Source: Octopus sinensis (taxonomy: Eukaryota). Taken from it: 64,000 bases of DNA. The DNA is taken from NCBI RefSeq assembly GCF_006345805.1, contig NC_043016.1:24738001-24802000 (forward strand), written 5' to 3'. A program made the position numbers and the translations under genes. This document shows, piece by piece, positions 12,085 through 26,050 of this stretch. The number at the start of each line of letters is the position of its first letter. Position 1 is the first letter of the stretch. A model generated the notes under the pieces. It was not told where the DNA came from. It made no database searches and worked only from the letters and a program-made list of their open reading frames with translations.

Positions 12085-15000
12085 CAGTATCAGTAATATA
12101 TTGAGAGTAAACCACTTGATTTTATCATCTCTTAACAGAACTACACAACAATGAAGCCTCCTATATAGTTACTCAACCTGCTAGAAATATCAACTAAATT
12201 TCTCTCAAGTCACACCCTACCACATAGAATAATGTAGTTCAAGCTAATCATCAAAAGACAATGGCATTGACCAGAAATTCTTTGATTAAACTGCTACTTG
12301 GTTAAGTCAGACCTGGGGCTTAAACAAAAACAAGCATTTATGCCAAAAACAATTATGATTTTTTTTAAATATAAAGACTAACAAAATAATTTAAATTTTC
12401 CATGAATGTGTGTATGTGTGTGTACATGTTTCCCAATTTGGACTACAAATGCATTTCCTGGACTGAGTCTGAAATAGACATTTAAATTTAACCTTCAAAA
12501 ACATGGTTTTACTAAATTTATTTCTTTACCCAATTGGTCATTATCTCTCTCTTTCACACACACACACACACACAAATTGAAACTTATAGTTTCTAATTAA
12601 GACTAATGCATCAACATCACTTTAAAATCTTAACGTTTTTACCAGAACAGCTACATAATAATATTGCTGATTAATGTCACTTGTGACATGAAACAATAAG
12701 AAATAAATGCAATTATCTGCCATCACCTTCAGGCAGTAATGTCAGATTGGCCAACAATTTTATATTTTGAAGGAAGTGTGAGCTATAGTGATATTTCATA
12801 GCAAATACATGAACAATATGAACATATGATCCATTTTTCTCTCCAGACAAAGTCTCATCCTGTCATCATTAGTGCTACATTAGATGTAACATGATTGAAA
12901 GGTTAAGAAGTTCTATTTGGAATCACAAGGTTCTAGGTTTGATCCCACTATGCAGCACCTATAGCAAATTTGCTTTTTGTTTTTTAACCACTGCCTAAAG
13001 TCATTCCAAACTGTGTGAATGAAACTGCTTAGATAGAAACTGTGCAGAATGGACTGTACCTTTAATTTGAAAAATCCAGCCTTGTCACACACTGCATCAT
13101 ATTGATTCTGCTTGAGGATTACATTAAGGGTACATGTAGCTGTAGAATATTAGGACCCTTAAATTTTAATTCAAGCAGAAGGTAATTCAGTTGACTGAAC
13201 AACTGAATTTCCATCATCAAAACTGGCAGAGATTCATTTAATATTTATTGTCTGTCATCATCAATGTGAAATATCTGCTGGCCAAGTAGAAGACTACACC
13301 AGGCTACCATGTCTGTTTTGGCATGGCTTTTATGGCTGAACAACCTTCCTAACACCAACCACCCTGCTGAGTGGACTGAGTGCTTTATACATGGCACCAG
13401 CACAGGTGGGGTCAGGTTTAGAATGGTTTTTACAGCAGGATGACCTTCCAAATACCAATCACTTCACAGTATGGACTGGATGCTTTTTACGTGGCACTAG
13501 CACTGGCAGAGTCACCTTGCAAGACAAGGAATTTTAAAAATAGGTGCAGACATTTAAGCCAATAAATTGCAACCCCTCAAAGTGAAAAAGTTTACATATT
13601 TGCAAAGAGCAAGATACAGCTATTGTGCATTTACATTAACCCTTGCAATGCTACTTGGTTCCGAGTAAATAAATTAATGTTGGAAAATAAAGCTTTATAG
13701 ACACTGTTTAATTTGACTAGTTAAATTTCTTAACAGGCTGTTGTATTTAACTAAAGTCACAAAAAGCAGTGAAAAGCTTAAGTTATATTGCCAAATTCAA
13801 ATTCTTCCATAGGTTGACAAAAGGAAATTAGAGTCTGCAAATTCTGCCAAGCTATTTATCCTAGTGATATTATCTAAACAACATATCCCACGATGTTTTT
13901 AAAAAAATTATCAGATAGATGAAATCATAATTCAGAAAGAGCCTTATAACTACTCACTTTTCAATGCAGTATACATTTTAGGTGTTAATATATATCAGCT
14001 TAGGTGACTATATCTTATTAAACAGTTTTATATTATAATGTAACAAAGAGGTAACAGACATGCATAATTCTTAAAATTAAAATTTTAACAAAAAAAAAAA
14101 AACTAGTTATTTTATGAAACAAAATTCTGTTTTATTTTAAAAGCAATTTCTTTATACAGTACTATGAAGGAAAATGCATAAAAGTCTGTGATTAAAATAC
14201 CAATCTTGTTTATTTCTAACATTTTAAACTACTGATAAGCACCAACTGAATGTAGAAAGAGTTTCAATTCAAGACTGATGCTACTTAACCTCTCATGGAA
14301 CTAATACACACATAGAAAAACTTATTCCCACCACCACCACCATAAATCTGAGGTTTTGTATCTATGCAAGAAAAAACTTTAAATCACTTTTACCAGGTCG
14401 GTAATGACTTGCAGTTAAATTTATGCTACAATATTCAAGTGCAAAATCATATTAAGTAATTAATTTATTTTCAGAAATATATTTTAAATGAATATTTTTC
14501 TCAAAGCATTCAGTTGATTTGATATATTTTCCCTTTTTGTTCCTCACCAAAAACAAAACCTCATTTAAAAACTTATTATGTGAATTAGACTCACAGAGTT
14601 ATATTAAGATACATTTTCTCACAATTAATCAGCAATAACCTTATATTTAGTAAATAATGACTTATGGGGAAAATATTTATAAGAAAAGTACAGTATATTT
14701 TGAATATCTAAGCACTGAGGAGGAAATTGATATTAGCAACATTAATATGTGCTTGATTTTAAAGCCATTATTTACCCTTTTTTTCTATAATATTAAGGGA
14801 AATTAATGAGTCATGTCAATTATAATTTAGCAAACATTTCCAGCTTTTAAAAACAAATATCAAAAGAGGAGGGGGGGTATTGTTTGCTGTCCATGAGTAG
14901 TCGTTATTAGATTAGATAAAAAAAAAAATTAAATTATTCATTCACTTCCTAGTTAAGTGATTGTCTATGTTTATTGAAAGAAATATCAAATTATGTTAAT

Positions 15001-16099
15001 CACCAAAAGAAACAAGTTTATCAGCCAATGTATTTTCTGCTTCAAGCCACTACCACTACCCTTCTCCCCAACAACAATGTATTAAAGTCCTTTGTTAATG
15101 ACCACCTTATACTAAACTCTCTCGCACTTTCAAAAAAAAAAACAACCCATGTTCCACTACCACAGCCTGCTTTGTTTCAGTCACCTTTGAATTAGTCTAT
15201 TTTTACCTTGGACTCAAACAACAAATGTCTCATCATCTTCAACAAAAAGACTCAACAGTTGCCTGTCGACCAAAGTCTCCATATCATTAACTGTCAAAAG
15301 ATCAGTGGATAATTACTTTTTATTTTATTTTTATTTTCTAAAAATGCTGAATAAGTAGCCCTTCTAAAAAGTTAGGAAGAAAGATAAAAAATAAAATAAA
15401 AATGTATAAAAGCCTTAGTATGATAATTGTAGTAAAAGTGCATGGACTCTACCTAAAGACTAATTCGAAATGTGATACAGAATTGCCTTGACACGGACTG
15501 ATTCCTCAGAGTTCAACTTATGCTTTAACAGAAAACTAATTATTTACCCTATAATCAAAATTAGACTAGGTTAAAAGTTTACCACCAAGTAAGAAATTAA
15601 AATTAATTAATGAAGAGAATCCAGTGCAATAGTTGTGAAGATGTCATGCAAAAGAGCCATCATTATAGCTTCATCATATTATCCACATCAATTCTATTAT
15701 CAGCAAAAAATTCTTTTTTCTATCACTAGATTTAATAACTTATAACTTCACATTTTTACTACAAATATTTCACAGCTTAAATGAAATGAAAGAAATTTAG
15801 ATTCTTTCATATATAGAAACTGGAATTTCTATAGTTGGAAAAAGAATAAATGTACAAAATGGAAGACAGTACCAGGAAACAGCTCAATTCTACAAATCTG
15901 TATATTGGTGGGTTTCATAAAATTCAGCTTCTTCTCTCCACACACACACACAAAATATAATATACTAACAGAATTCATTTGTATTTAATTTTATATATAA
16001 AAGAAATTACTTTTCTTTAATATTCTTTAAATACAATATTATATATTAAAACTTCGATATAAATTTAATAAATTGACCTAAAATGGATGAACACATAAA

Positions 16100-16310
16100 A
16101 GGCAAGCTAGTAGAACTGTTAGCATATCAGACAAAATGCTCAGTGGCATTTCTTCTGGCTTTTTGTACTGAGTTCAAATCCTATTAAAGTAAGCTTTTCC
16201 TTTCATCCTTTCAGAGTCAATAAGTACACCAGTCAAATATTGGGGTAGATGTAACTGACTAACCCGCTTCTCCTAAAATTGCTGGCCTTGTATAAAAATT
16301 TGAAGCAATA
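16100..16310 (+). mobile_element. SINE family A variant, diverged
   Basis: gagttcaaatcc...tttcatcctttcagagtcaataagtacaccag motifs. Confidence 0.7.
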
Positions 16311-18282
16311 TGCATACACACATGCATGCATATATACATGTATGTCAGGCCACTCTTGTGTGTCAGGTTGCTCTTGCTCAACTGGTAACATGTAACCCAG
16401 TACAAGCTGTTGCATGGTTGGTAACTAAACTAGCAACACCACCAAGCTTGCTTGATGAGGAGGGTGATTTTTGGAACACCCCACAGGATGAGAAATAGGA
16501 CACATCAAAGATGAGGAAGAACTCAGGAGTCAATGGCCATTGAGCTTAGTCATCAATAGATGGTTCTCACGTGTTGTAGTGAAGATAATCATCTAAGAGA
16601 ATAAATCTCTGAATAAAAACTGTTCAACAGACTTGCAACAAGCTGATACTATTTTGCACAGAAAAAACTATGACATGAAGATGTTATAGTTTTCATCTAC
16701 AGAGGACTGAGAATAAATTTAAATATACATACATACATACATATACACACACATATATATAACTACGAGACAGCTCAAAGTTTATATGAAATACATTGAG
16801 TCAAGATACAAGAAAAATTCAATATGTGTATGTATATACATATATACATCAGGTTATTAAAATAATCTCAACTGGTTAGGATTCGTTTTTCAACTATGAT
16901 GAAGGATGATGATTAAAATACATGAATAAAATGTACAGAAAAATCAAGGTGTGAAGAGTAATCTAAACTTATTGAAATATTTTACAACTAAAAAATTTTA
17001 ACTTAACTTAAATGGCAAATTGTTTAACCAAAAAATTAAATTTTTTGCTAACAAAACTGTTTAAATTGAAACCAAGTCATATTAAATCAAGTTTTGATGG
17101 TATTGCTACCAATTCCACAACTTAATTCAGATAATCAAAAATTCTTAGAATGCTCAATTTATCACACACATCAAATTTAACAATAGTTATTTGCAAAACT
17201 TTTGCTTAAAAAAATCATTAAAGTTCTCACATGACAAGTGCTGAGGGGAAGAATTTAATTTTCAATGAACAAATGTGAAATTGGTTTTTATTCCTAAGAA
17301 ATGCTTTTGACTGAAAAGTTTTAATACATTTGAGAAATGTTATGAACATCAACATGCCACTGATTTTCGCTAAAGAAAACATGTGCTATGGCTAATGTAA
17401 AAATAAAAAGTTATGCAAATGGACATAATTTTACACAGTAGTTGTCAAGAAATTATTTAAATCACAATAATACAATTGCAAATTTCATGATAGAAAGTAA
17501 GATAAATAAATGATGGTACAAACAGGTGGAGCATGTTTACAAACCAAAATTCTTTGAAGTGAAAGGATAAAAAGTAAGTCTTCCGAAAAAAGAGATTTCA
17601 TTAATGACTGCTGGTTTTCTGATTGTGTTATAAAAGAAAAATACTTTCTCAATTTACTTGTGTCATACATGAGAGTGAGGAAAGAAAGGAAAAGGGAGAA
17701 ACAGAGAGAGAGAGAGAGAGAGAGAGAGGGAAAGGAGAGAGAAAAGTAAAGTGAAAGGAAAGGGAGGGAGAGGTCAGCTTGTCTTAATGCATGACTACAA
17801 CTTGTATGAAGAAGTATGTGCAGCTATCTCATCACCTGCTGTAGGAGAAATGAGTCACTAATACACTTAATGTCGATGTACATACAGGTAGAGTGTGAGG
17901 GGTAGACAGAGAAAATGGTGTACATATACACACACACACACATTTGCAAACAGACAGATGAAATAGTATGCCCAATCAAAATTACTAAATTTCATCTGAG
18001 AAAATAATTCAACTTTAGATTTTATCAGATTTTAATTACTAAATGACTATCACTTATTGGTGCTCTCAAACTGTCTTGGGAATGTTTGTCTGTGCTTGTG
18101 TAAAGGACAGAGAGAAAGAGAGCGCTCGCACTTCTAATATAAATAATAAAGAGCAGTAAAACTTGTTCCAACACAGACTAAGTATGACTCCTCAGTAACA
18201 GGTGATTTCCTTTTATGAAAAGTCATCTCAGCCAACATTACTACCACCAACACCACCATTATTGTTGTTGTTATAATTATAA

Positions 18283-18500
18283 AGGCAGCAAGCAGGCAAA
18301 ATCATTAGCACATTGGATGAAATGCTTAGCGGCTTTTTTCAAACTCATTAAGTTCTGAGTTCAAATTCCACCGAGGTCAACTTTGGCTTTCATGCTTGCA
18401 GAGTCTATTCAATGAAGTAACAGTTGAGCACTAGAGTCAACATAACTGACTAACCCACTCCTCCTAAATAATTAGTGGCTTGCACCAAATTTTTGAAACT
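18283..18500 (+). mobile_element. SINE family A variant, diverged
   Basis: gttctgagttcaaattccaccgaggtcaactttggctttcat motif. Confidence 0.7.
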
Positions 18501-18591
18501 ATTATTGTTGTTATTTTTATTATTAATATTTTCATGCACAGCTATTTCTGGGATGAAAATAATATAATTTAGAGGCAACCCACTTACTCAC

Positions 18592-18638
18592 TTGATGTCA
18601 GTGAATAGTAACCTCCAATCAGCTTTGCCTCACCAGAC
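18592..18638 (-). CDS. Possible 47-nt exon (phase 2-1): SGEAKLIGGYYSLTS
   Basis: Donor AA|GTGAGT and modest acceptor gaattatag|. Only one frame is open, and it is compatible with a phase-2 upstream exon. Confidence 0.35.
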
Positions 18639-19949
18639 CTATAATTCACATGTAGCTAACCAAAATAAAATAGTATTCTAGCTATAGTAATACTTGTGAC
18701 AATGTGAAGTACATTATTTTAGTTGTCACAGTGTGCAAGTCAAATGACTACATATGCACTGAATCAGCTAGAGAGTGACTATTTCAAAGACAGGGTATTT
18801 GTATTTGATGGCAATTGGGCTACCACCGAGAGCAGCAGTAAATTTAAACACAATGTAGAAATTTCTTAATTAATTGACTTATATAAACTGTGTTTCTAAA
18901 TAAAACCTAACACTTCAGATTTGTAAAGTAGAGGAAATGAAAATTTGAAACCTCGCCTATAAGAATTAGCAGCATAAATGAAATGGTTCTTCTAGGAAGT
19001 GAAATAGAATCACACACATACTTCCTTAAGAGATTACTGTTACTTATCATGTCTTCCACTACAGCTTATCTAATAGCTACCCCAAAATTTCAAGGGAGTG
19101 TGTAAGCAAAGAAAATTTCTTAATTTTTTTTACATCACACCCTTGAATGACCAATGTATACCTTGTAAATGAATTTGGTAGATGGAAGCCACATGGAAGA
19201 CCATTGGATGGCCAGATGAGTAGAAAGATAACTAGATGGATGGATGGATGGAGAGATGGATAATTAAATGGATGGATGGATAGATAGATATACAGAGACA
19301 GAGAGGTGTGTATGTGTATTAATATTTGTCCCCTGCCCCACACCACTCGACAACTGGTGTTTTGTTTATGTCCTTGTACATTGACAGTTTGTCAAAAGAG
19401 ACTGACGAAATAAGCATCAGGCTTAAAAAAATAAGTACTGGTGTAGACCTGTTCAACTAAAATCCTTCAAGATGATGCCCCAATATAGTCACAGTCCAAT
19501 GACTGAAATAAGTAAATGATAAAAGATACAGAAACAGACACACAGTCACATAGCATTTTAAAATTAACCATTACACATCAATTATATTCCACTATTAACC
19601 AAAGAAAGGATTAAGTTTTCTGAACTATGACCAGATTAGTGATTTAAATTTCTTCTCTACAGCTGTTTTGCTTTATGAAAAAATAAAAACATCAAGTTGA
19701 CAAGCTTTTATATAGAAATATGATAACGTCATAGCTAAGTCAGATTTGAAGGTGGAACCAGTGAATGGAAGTGTCAGGAGGGGTGAATGTCAAGGCACAG
19801 GCATGGTTGAGTGGTTAAGAAGCTTGCTTTGTAATATGTGGTCTAGGGTTCAATCCCATTGTGTAGCACCTAGGCAAAGTGGCTTTTTCCATAGTCCCAT
19901 ACTAACCAAAGCCTTGAGAGTGAATCTGGTAGGCAAGAGATGAGTGGAA

Positions 19950-20240
19950 CATGGGATTGCACCTAGAAAGTTACCCTCCAAGGCACAAGTCCAAGCAAGG
20001 TTGTGGAAGACCAGCAGTTGCCTATGAATACATACCTCCTCTCCACCCCACTGATGTTATCCAAGGAAAGGCAAAGGCCAATACAGTTTGGCCTTAGCGA
20101 TGTCACAACTCATTTTTATAGCTGAGTGAACTGGAGCAACATGAAAAAGTATCTTGCTCAAGAACACAACGCACAGCCCAGTCCAGGAATCAAACTCACT
20201 ACCTCATGATTGTAAGCCTGACACTAACCACTGAACCAAG
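19950..20240 (-). mobile_element. tRNA-derived SINE (ttgtgttcttgagcaagatact...ttgctccagttcactcagct)
   Basis: On the minus strand, a tRNA-like head tggttcagtggttagtg...gagtttgattcc; related to the host SINE at 48124. Confidence 0.65.
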
Positions 20241-21114
20241 CAATGTTGTGTTTCCAGCCTTACATAAAAAAGGTGTCTGACCATAGGCAATATAACTTTG
20301 CCCGAAAACAAGTGAAGATTGGCAACAGGAAGAGCATCTAGTCATAGAAATATCTACCTCAACAAATTTTGTATGCCCCATGCATGCAGAGAAAAAATGG
20401 ATGTTAAAAATTACATTTTCACAAAGAATCTACACATAGATCTTTGATAGAATTTTATTTATTTTAGTCATTTTCCATCCAGCCCTGCTGAGATATTTAA
20501 ATTTGTTTCTAAAACCAACACTATTTCTTGTAACAAGTTTACCACAACTTATCCACCCACTTAACTATATCATGAAAATTATATTATTTATATTTTAAGA
20601 CATATCCCCATATTTATAAAATAAGAATTCAGTGGAAGCAACCATTAGAGATATCATATGTTAATAACCCTATCTACCAAACAAATGGAATCCTACTAAA
20701 ACAACAGCGATTCCTTGCTTAAACAGAGGACATATATTTCAACAGGAGTATCACAGTGAATTACACTGAATTCAGTGTATTACTGAATTCTTTACTGAAG
20801 TGAAAATGGCAAAAAGTTGTTGAGATTAAGCTGAAAATAAAAAAGAAACTTGTAAACAATTTCATCTAGTGCCAACTACAGGCTGTCCACTCACTGTACC
20901 AAATTCATTTTAAATCCACTTACTATGCTGGCATGGCTGGACAGATCATCACAATTTGACCAATTCTCATTTGGAACTATTGTCCTTTTAGACAAGTTGG
21001 AAAGTCAGATCTTGCACAAAACATTCCATTTTTGGCATGGTTCCTAACGCAAGTGATTTTACAGAGTATACTGGGTGCATGTCATATTGCGGCCAGCACT
21101 AGAGAAGTTGTCAT

Positions 21115-21340
21115 CATCATCATCGTTTAACATCCGCTTTCCATGCTAGCATGGGTTGGACGGTTCAACTGGGGTCTGGCAAGCTCGAGGGCTGCACCAG
21201 GCCAGTCAGATCTGGCAGTGTTTCTACAGCTGGATGCCCTTCCTAACGCCAACCACTCCGAGAGTCTAGTGGGTGATTTTATGTGCCACCGACACAGGTG
21301 CCAGACGAGGCTGGCAGACGGCCACGCTCGGATGGTGTTT
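21115..21340 (-). mobile_element. RTE 3'-UTR-derived short repeat (family C; tail ...ggacgttaaacgatgatgatga)
   Basis: ggttggcgttaggaagggcatccagctgtagaaa core. Other copies lie at about 9.0, 10.6, 13.3, 20.3, 29.9, 32.1, 32.8, 43.0, 44.9, 50.5, 62.3 and 63.4 kb. Confidence 0.85.
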
Positions 21341-21621
21341 TTAGATAAACAGTTTATTTTTAACCCCTTGTCTACAGAGACAAACAATGTTTGAGGGAGA
21401 AATGATATTTGTTGTTTTTATCAGTTTCAGAATGATGAACAGCAAGGTTTAAGCTTATAATTTCCCATAATTTTTGTTACTTCATAAATAGTTGCTGGAT
21501 GAGGTGCAATTCAGTCACATAAACAGATACCAATAAAATACTGACACAAATTTGACTGGGAGAACTGAAAGTCAATCAATAACATCAAGCCTTGAATCCA
21601 AAACTTAGGAGGACAAAATAC

Positions 21622-21675
21622 TTTGAACCATTTAATGTGGAACAATCATGGGTCAACAGTGGCTCACAGGACTTT
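21622..21675 (-). CDS. Possible 54-nt exon (phase 2-2): (R)KSCEPLLTHDCSTLNGS(K); an alternative donor would give an 8-nt exon 21668-21675
   Basis: Very strong acceptor (about 28 T, then gcatttcattcag|). Donors are AA|GTATTT (weak) or CT|GTGAGC. The T-run could just be a poly(A) insertion. Confidence 0.3.
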
Positions 21676-21688
21676 CTGAATGAAATGC

Positions 21689-21719
<31 letters not shown>

Positions 21720-22644
21720 CCATGAATTTCTTTAGTAGTGCAATAAACTTGAATGTCTCATGCAGCTCATTTCTCAAAAATGGTTGCTTGTGCCTAATCT
21801 AGAATTTTATGATCTCAGCCAACTTCTCTCTCTCTCTAATTATTAAATAACCTATAATTAACAGATGAACCACTCACTTGACTTTTAATCGTTTGAACAG
21901 AGTAAATGAGAACTGTACTAATTTTTGCCAATAGTGGGATTTCTTCTTAATAACTAACTTAAGGAACAAGTCAAGATTGTAGCCTAATGCTTGCTCAACC
22001 TTAACTGAACTGACCTACTGACCAATTATCAAAGACATTCCAGTCTTTTTGGAAGTATATACATTTGCTATCTAATGTTCTCTCTCACTCTCTTTTTTTT
22101 TTTTTTGAGGGAAATTTAACTATTATTTCTTTAGGTACATTGACATTTCTCAACAGATGATGTTTCAAAACTAACAGGTACAGCCACATTTAGACAAAAG
22201 CCATACATAAAAAAAATGCCTGAACATTTTCCTGGAAGCAACAGTGTTTTTTTTTTGTTTTTTTTAGAAAGAAACCAGAGTTTTGTGATCCTCTAACTAA
22301 ACTAACCTTTAAAACAAGACTTTTTTTCCTTTAGATAAATGTAGGTTTGGATTCATATAAGAAATATAGATTAATAACGTCACTTTATGGAAGTCTTACG
22401 TAACTAAATTAAACATTCCTCATCCCACACAGGCTCTACATATACATAGTTAAAACCTTGTCCTCCACACTAGGGTTTTCCTGAATTCAATACATCTGTC
22501 ACAATACTGAACAATAACTATTGGAAAGATTATCTGTTTATGTAAAAATTGTGCCATAAGTTGCAGCTTCTACAACCATATTATAAAAAAATTGTCTTCC
22601 ACTATGCATTTCAAGCAGCTGCTGACCAGATCAACAGAATTTCT

Positions 22645-22986
22645 TATTTCTTTATTGCCAACAAGAGGCTAAATAAGGACAGACAAAGAGTTTAAGTCAA
22701 TTAGATTGACCCCAGTGTGTAACTGGTACTTAATTTATTGACCCCGAAAGGATGAAAGGCAAAGTCAACCTCGGCGGAATTTGAACTTAGAACATAACGG
22801 CAGACGAAATACCTATTTCTTTACTACCCACAAGGGGCTAAACACAGAGAGGACAAACAGATTAAGTTGATTATATCGACCCCAGTGCATAACTGGTACT
22901 TATTTAACTGACCCTGAAAGGATGAAAGGCAAAGTCAACCATCGCCCAGTGCGCTAACATATCTGCCAGCTCGCCGCCTTATACAA
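22645..22986 (-). mobile_element. SINE family A partial tandem dimer
   Basis: Two head-to-tail units joined at aaagaaataGGtatttcgtctgcc, inside one 18-bp TSD CAGATCAACAGAATTTCT (22627-22644, 22987-23004). Confidence 0.9.
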
Positions 22987-24565
22987 CAGATCAACAGAAT
23001 TTCTGGCATGACAATATTTAAGCTTCTAGTATTCACACTAGTCAATCAAATGTACTGCTTATTCACATCATTTTGAATTAATCCTGCATTATCTTGTAGA
23101 TCCAAGATTTTGATGATGTGACTGTTTATTTTTAGAATGACATTGTAGGGTAGAAATGAAAGACTAGATCTGGCCAGTTTGAACAGAAAACAGGAAGAAT
23201 ATTTGGGCCAGAAATAGTTGGTTTAAATGCTAATGGGTTAAACATCACCAATCATTTTAATACCCTCTTTTCCATGATTGAATGGTTTATTAAAAATTTT
23301 GGTGACATGTTTTCACAGAATACTGGAAACGAATGACATTCATTTACAACAATCAAGCATTGTCAAGACAAGGAGACACAAACACATTCACACATAACAG
23401 GCTTCCTTCTATCAAATCCATTCACAAGGCTTTGATCAGCCAGAGGATATAGTGGAAGACACCTGCCCAAGGTGCCACGCAGTGGGACTGAGCCCGAAAC
23501 AATGTGACTGAGAAGAAAACTTCTTAATCATAGTCATACCAATGAATCAGGATGAAATATATGCCAATTACAATCAGTTTAGTAAACACATTTTCAAAAA
23601 TAAGAAACAACAACATCTTTTACAACAGTCATTTAATATTAACATTCCCTCAGTCCATCGCTGAAATAACTGTTGTACGATTACTTTTCTGTTAGAAATT
23701 AAAATTCTAATGGGATTTTCATGAGCACGAATCAGAATTTAGATTTGATAATCATTCCCAAAGCATTATCATTGAAATCTTAATTACTGCACATCACCTA
23801 TTGTACAAACACTGATATATTTATTATATAATTGTTGTATCATTGTTGATACAACAAAAAAAAAAAGGACAAACTTCAAACTGTGATTCATATGATTGAC
23901 TACAGTATTCATTTCAGTTTCATACTTATTTTATTGACCTCTAGTTGTCAGACCACTAAGTTACAGGACATAATGGAAATCTTTTCTGTTGCTGTCACAA
24001 TTTCCTGTTTTTCTATAATTGTTTTCAAATTTGGTGTACTGATGTAATTTTGTATGCTAATTATGAAAATGAAATTCATTTTAGCCATAAATCAATTTTA
24101 GGTAATTTTAGCCAGTTGAAAGCCACAGACACATTGATACCAGTTTCCATAGCAACAAGCCAAGCTGTAACCTGTTCCCAAAAAGGAAGCAAGGTTGGGT
24201 CAAGAAATTAACTTGAGTCTGGTTTTGCATTTAAGAAATGGGGATGGGCCACTGTTAATTACAACATCTATGTTCATGAAATATGTGCAGAGGACCTTTC
24301 AAAACCCAGTTCAGACTGGTAGTCGTGAGAAAAATGAGATAAACAAAACAGACTTCCCAAGATGTAATTACAACTGAAGAAGGGTGCTTGCTACTCAAGT
24401 AACAGGTTTTCAGAGTGTGTCACTAAAGGACAGGTTTTTCTTTATGTGGTGCCATGTCGGAATTGCACCATGCCAGAAGAATGCATATATCAGTAGGTTC
24501 TTCCAGGAACCACAATTTTCAGTGACTTGTGGAGGGCCTATTCTCACATTCCTGAAATTGATGGT

Positions 24566-26050
24566 CATAGGGACGCTGTCAGTAAGGTGAGGGTTGGCAA
24601 CGAGTACAGTGAAGAATTCTGAGTAGAGGTAGGAATCCACCAAGGTTCAGTCCTCAGCCCCCTCCTATTTATCATAATCCTCCAGGCAATAACAGGAATT
24701 CAAGACAAGATGCCCCTGGGAGCTCCTCTATGCTGACGACCTTGCTCTAATTGCTGAGTTACTATCGGAACTAGGAGAAGTTTCAGGTGTGGAAACAAGG
24801 ATTAGAACTGAAGGGCCTTAGAGTCAACCTAGCTAAACCAAAGTCCTAATGGAAGGCAGACAAACCACAAATCCCTTCAGGTAGATGGCCCTGCTCGATC
24901 TGTAGAAAAGCCATAGGTAGAAACTCTATAAAATGTACCCAATGTAAGCTTTGGACACATAAGAGGTGCAACATTATCAAAGGGAAGCTAACTGGGAAGA
25001 TAGTTTTTGTATGTGGCAGATGCTCAGGAGCAATAAACACTGAAAATGTGCAGAGAACAACTTCCTCCACATTCCAGGGAGAAAAACTAGAAGTATTTGA
25101 TAGCTTCCGTTACCTAGGTGACCAAGTCAGTAGCAGGGGAGGGTGCACTGAAAGTGTAGCTGCTAGAATAAGAATAGCCTGGGCAAAGTTCAGAGAGCTC
25201 TTACCTCTACTGGTGACAAAGGGCCTCTTGCTCAGAGTAAAAGGTAGACTGTATGACGCATGTGTATGGCAGTGAAACATGGGCCGTGACTGCAGAGGAC
25301 ATGCGTAAGCTCGCAAGGAATGAAGTCAGTATGCTCCAATGGATATGTAATGTCAGTGTGCATACTCGACAGAGTGTAAGTACCCTGAGAGAAAAGTTGG
25401 ACCTAAGAAGCATCAGATGAAGTGTGCAAGAGAGATGACTATGCTTGTATGGTCATGCGTTGTGAATGAATGAGAACAACTGTGTGAAAAAGTGCCACAC
25501 CCTAGCGGTTGAGGGAACCTGTGGGAGAGGTAGACCCAGGAAGACCTGGGATGAGGTGGTGAAGCATGACCTTCGAACATTAGGCTTCACCAAGGCAATG
25601 ACTAGTGACCAAGACCTTTGGAAATATGCTGTGCTTGAGAATACCCAGCAAGCCAAGTGAGACCACAACCTCGTGGCCTATGCCAGGGGTGTAACCAGCC
25701 CACTTATGCATACCTTTCCTTCATTGGACACTAAACTCTGCTTGCGAAGACCTGTTGAAGCAAGTGAAATCAAAATCGAAATCAAATTCGATGACTGGCA
25801 TCCGTGCTAGTCAAGTGCTAAGAGCACCATTCAAGCATGATCATTGCCAGAGCAGCTAACTGGCTTCCATGCCGGTGGCATGTAAAAAGCATCATTTGAG
25901 CATGATCATTACCAGCGTCGCCTTACTGGCACATGGAAAAACATTCGAGCGAGGTCCTTGCCAGTGCTGCTGGATTGGCTCCTGTACAGGTGGCACATAA
26001 AAAACACCATTTGAGCGTGGCTGTTGCCAGTACCACCTGACTGGCCCTCA
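24566..26050 (+). mobile_element. 5'-truncated RTE-clade LINE (RT C-terminal half plus 3' UTR), frameshifted and dead
   Basis: Translates to DAVSKVRVGNEYSEEF, VGIHQGSVLSPLLFII, ELLYADDL (YADD 24729-24740), FDSFRYLGDQV, RLYDACV and GTCGRGRPRKTWDEVVKHDL. The 3' UTR has ~60-bp gtggcacgtaaaaagcacc subrepeats. Confidence 0.92.

Noticed and set aside
22157-22177. Plus-strand 21-nt exon-like segment cag|ATGATGTTTCAAAACTAACAG|gtacag
   Set aside because: It is isolated, has a weak donor, and is antisense to the better-supported minus-strand gene.
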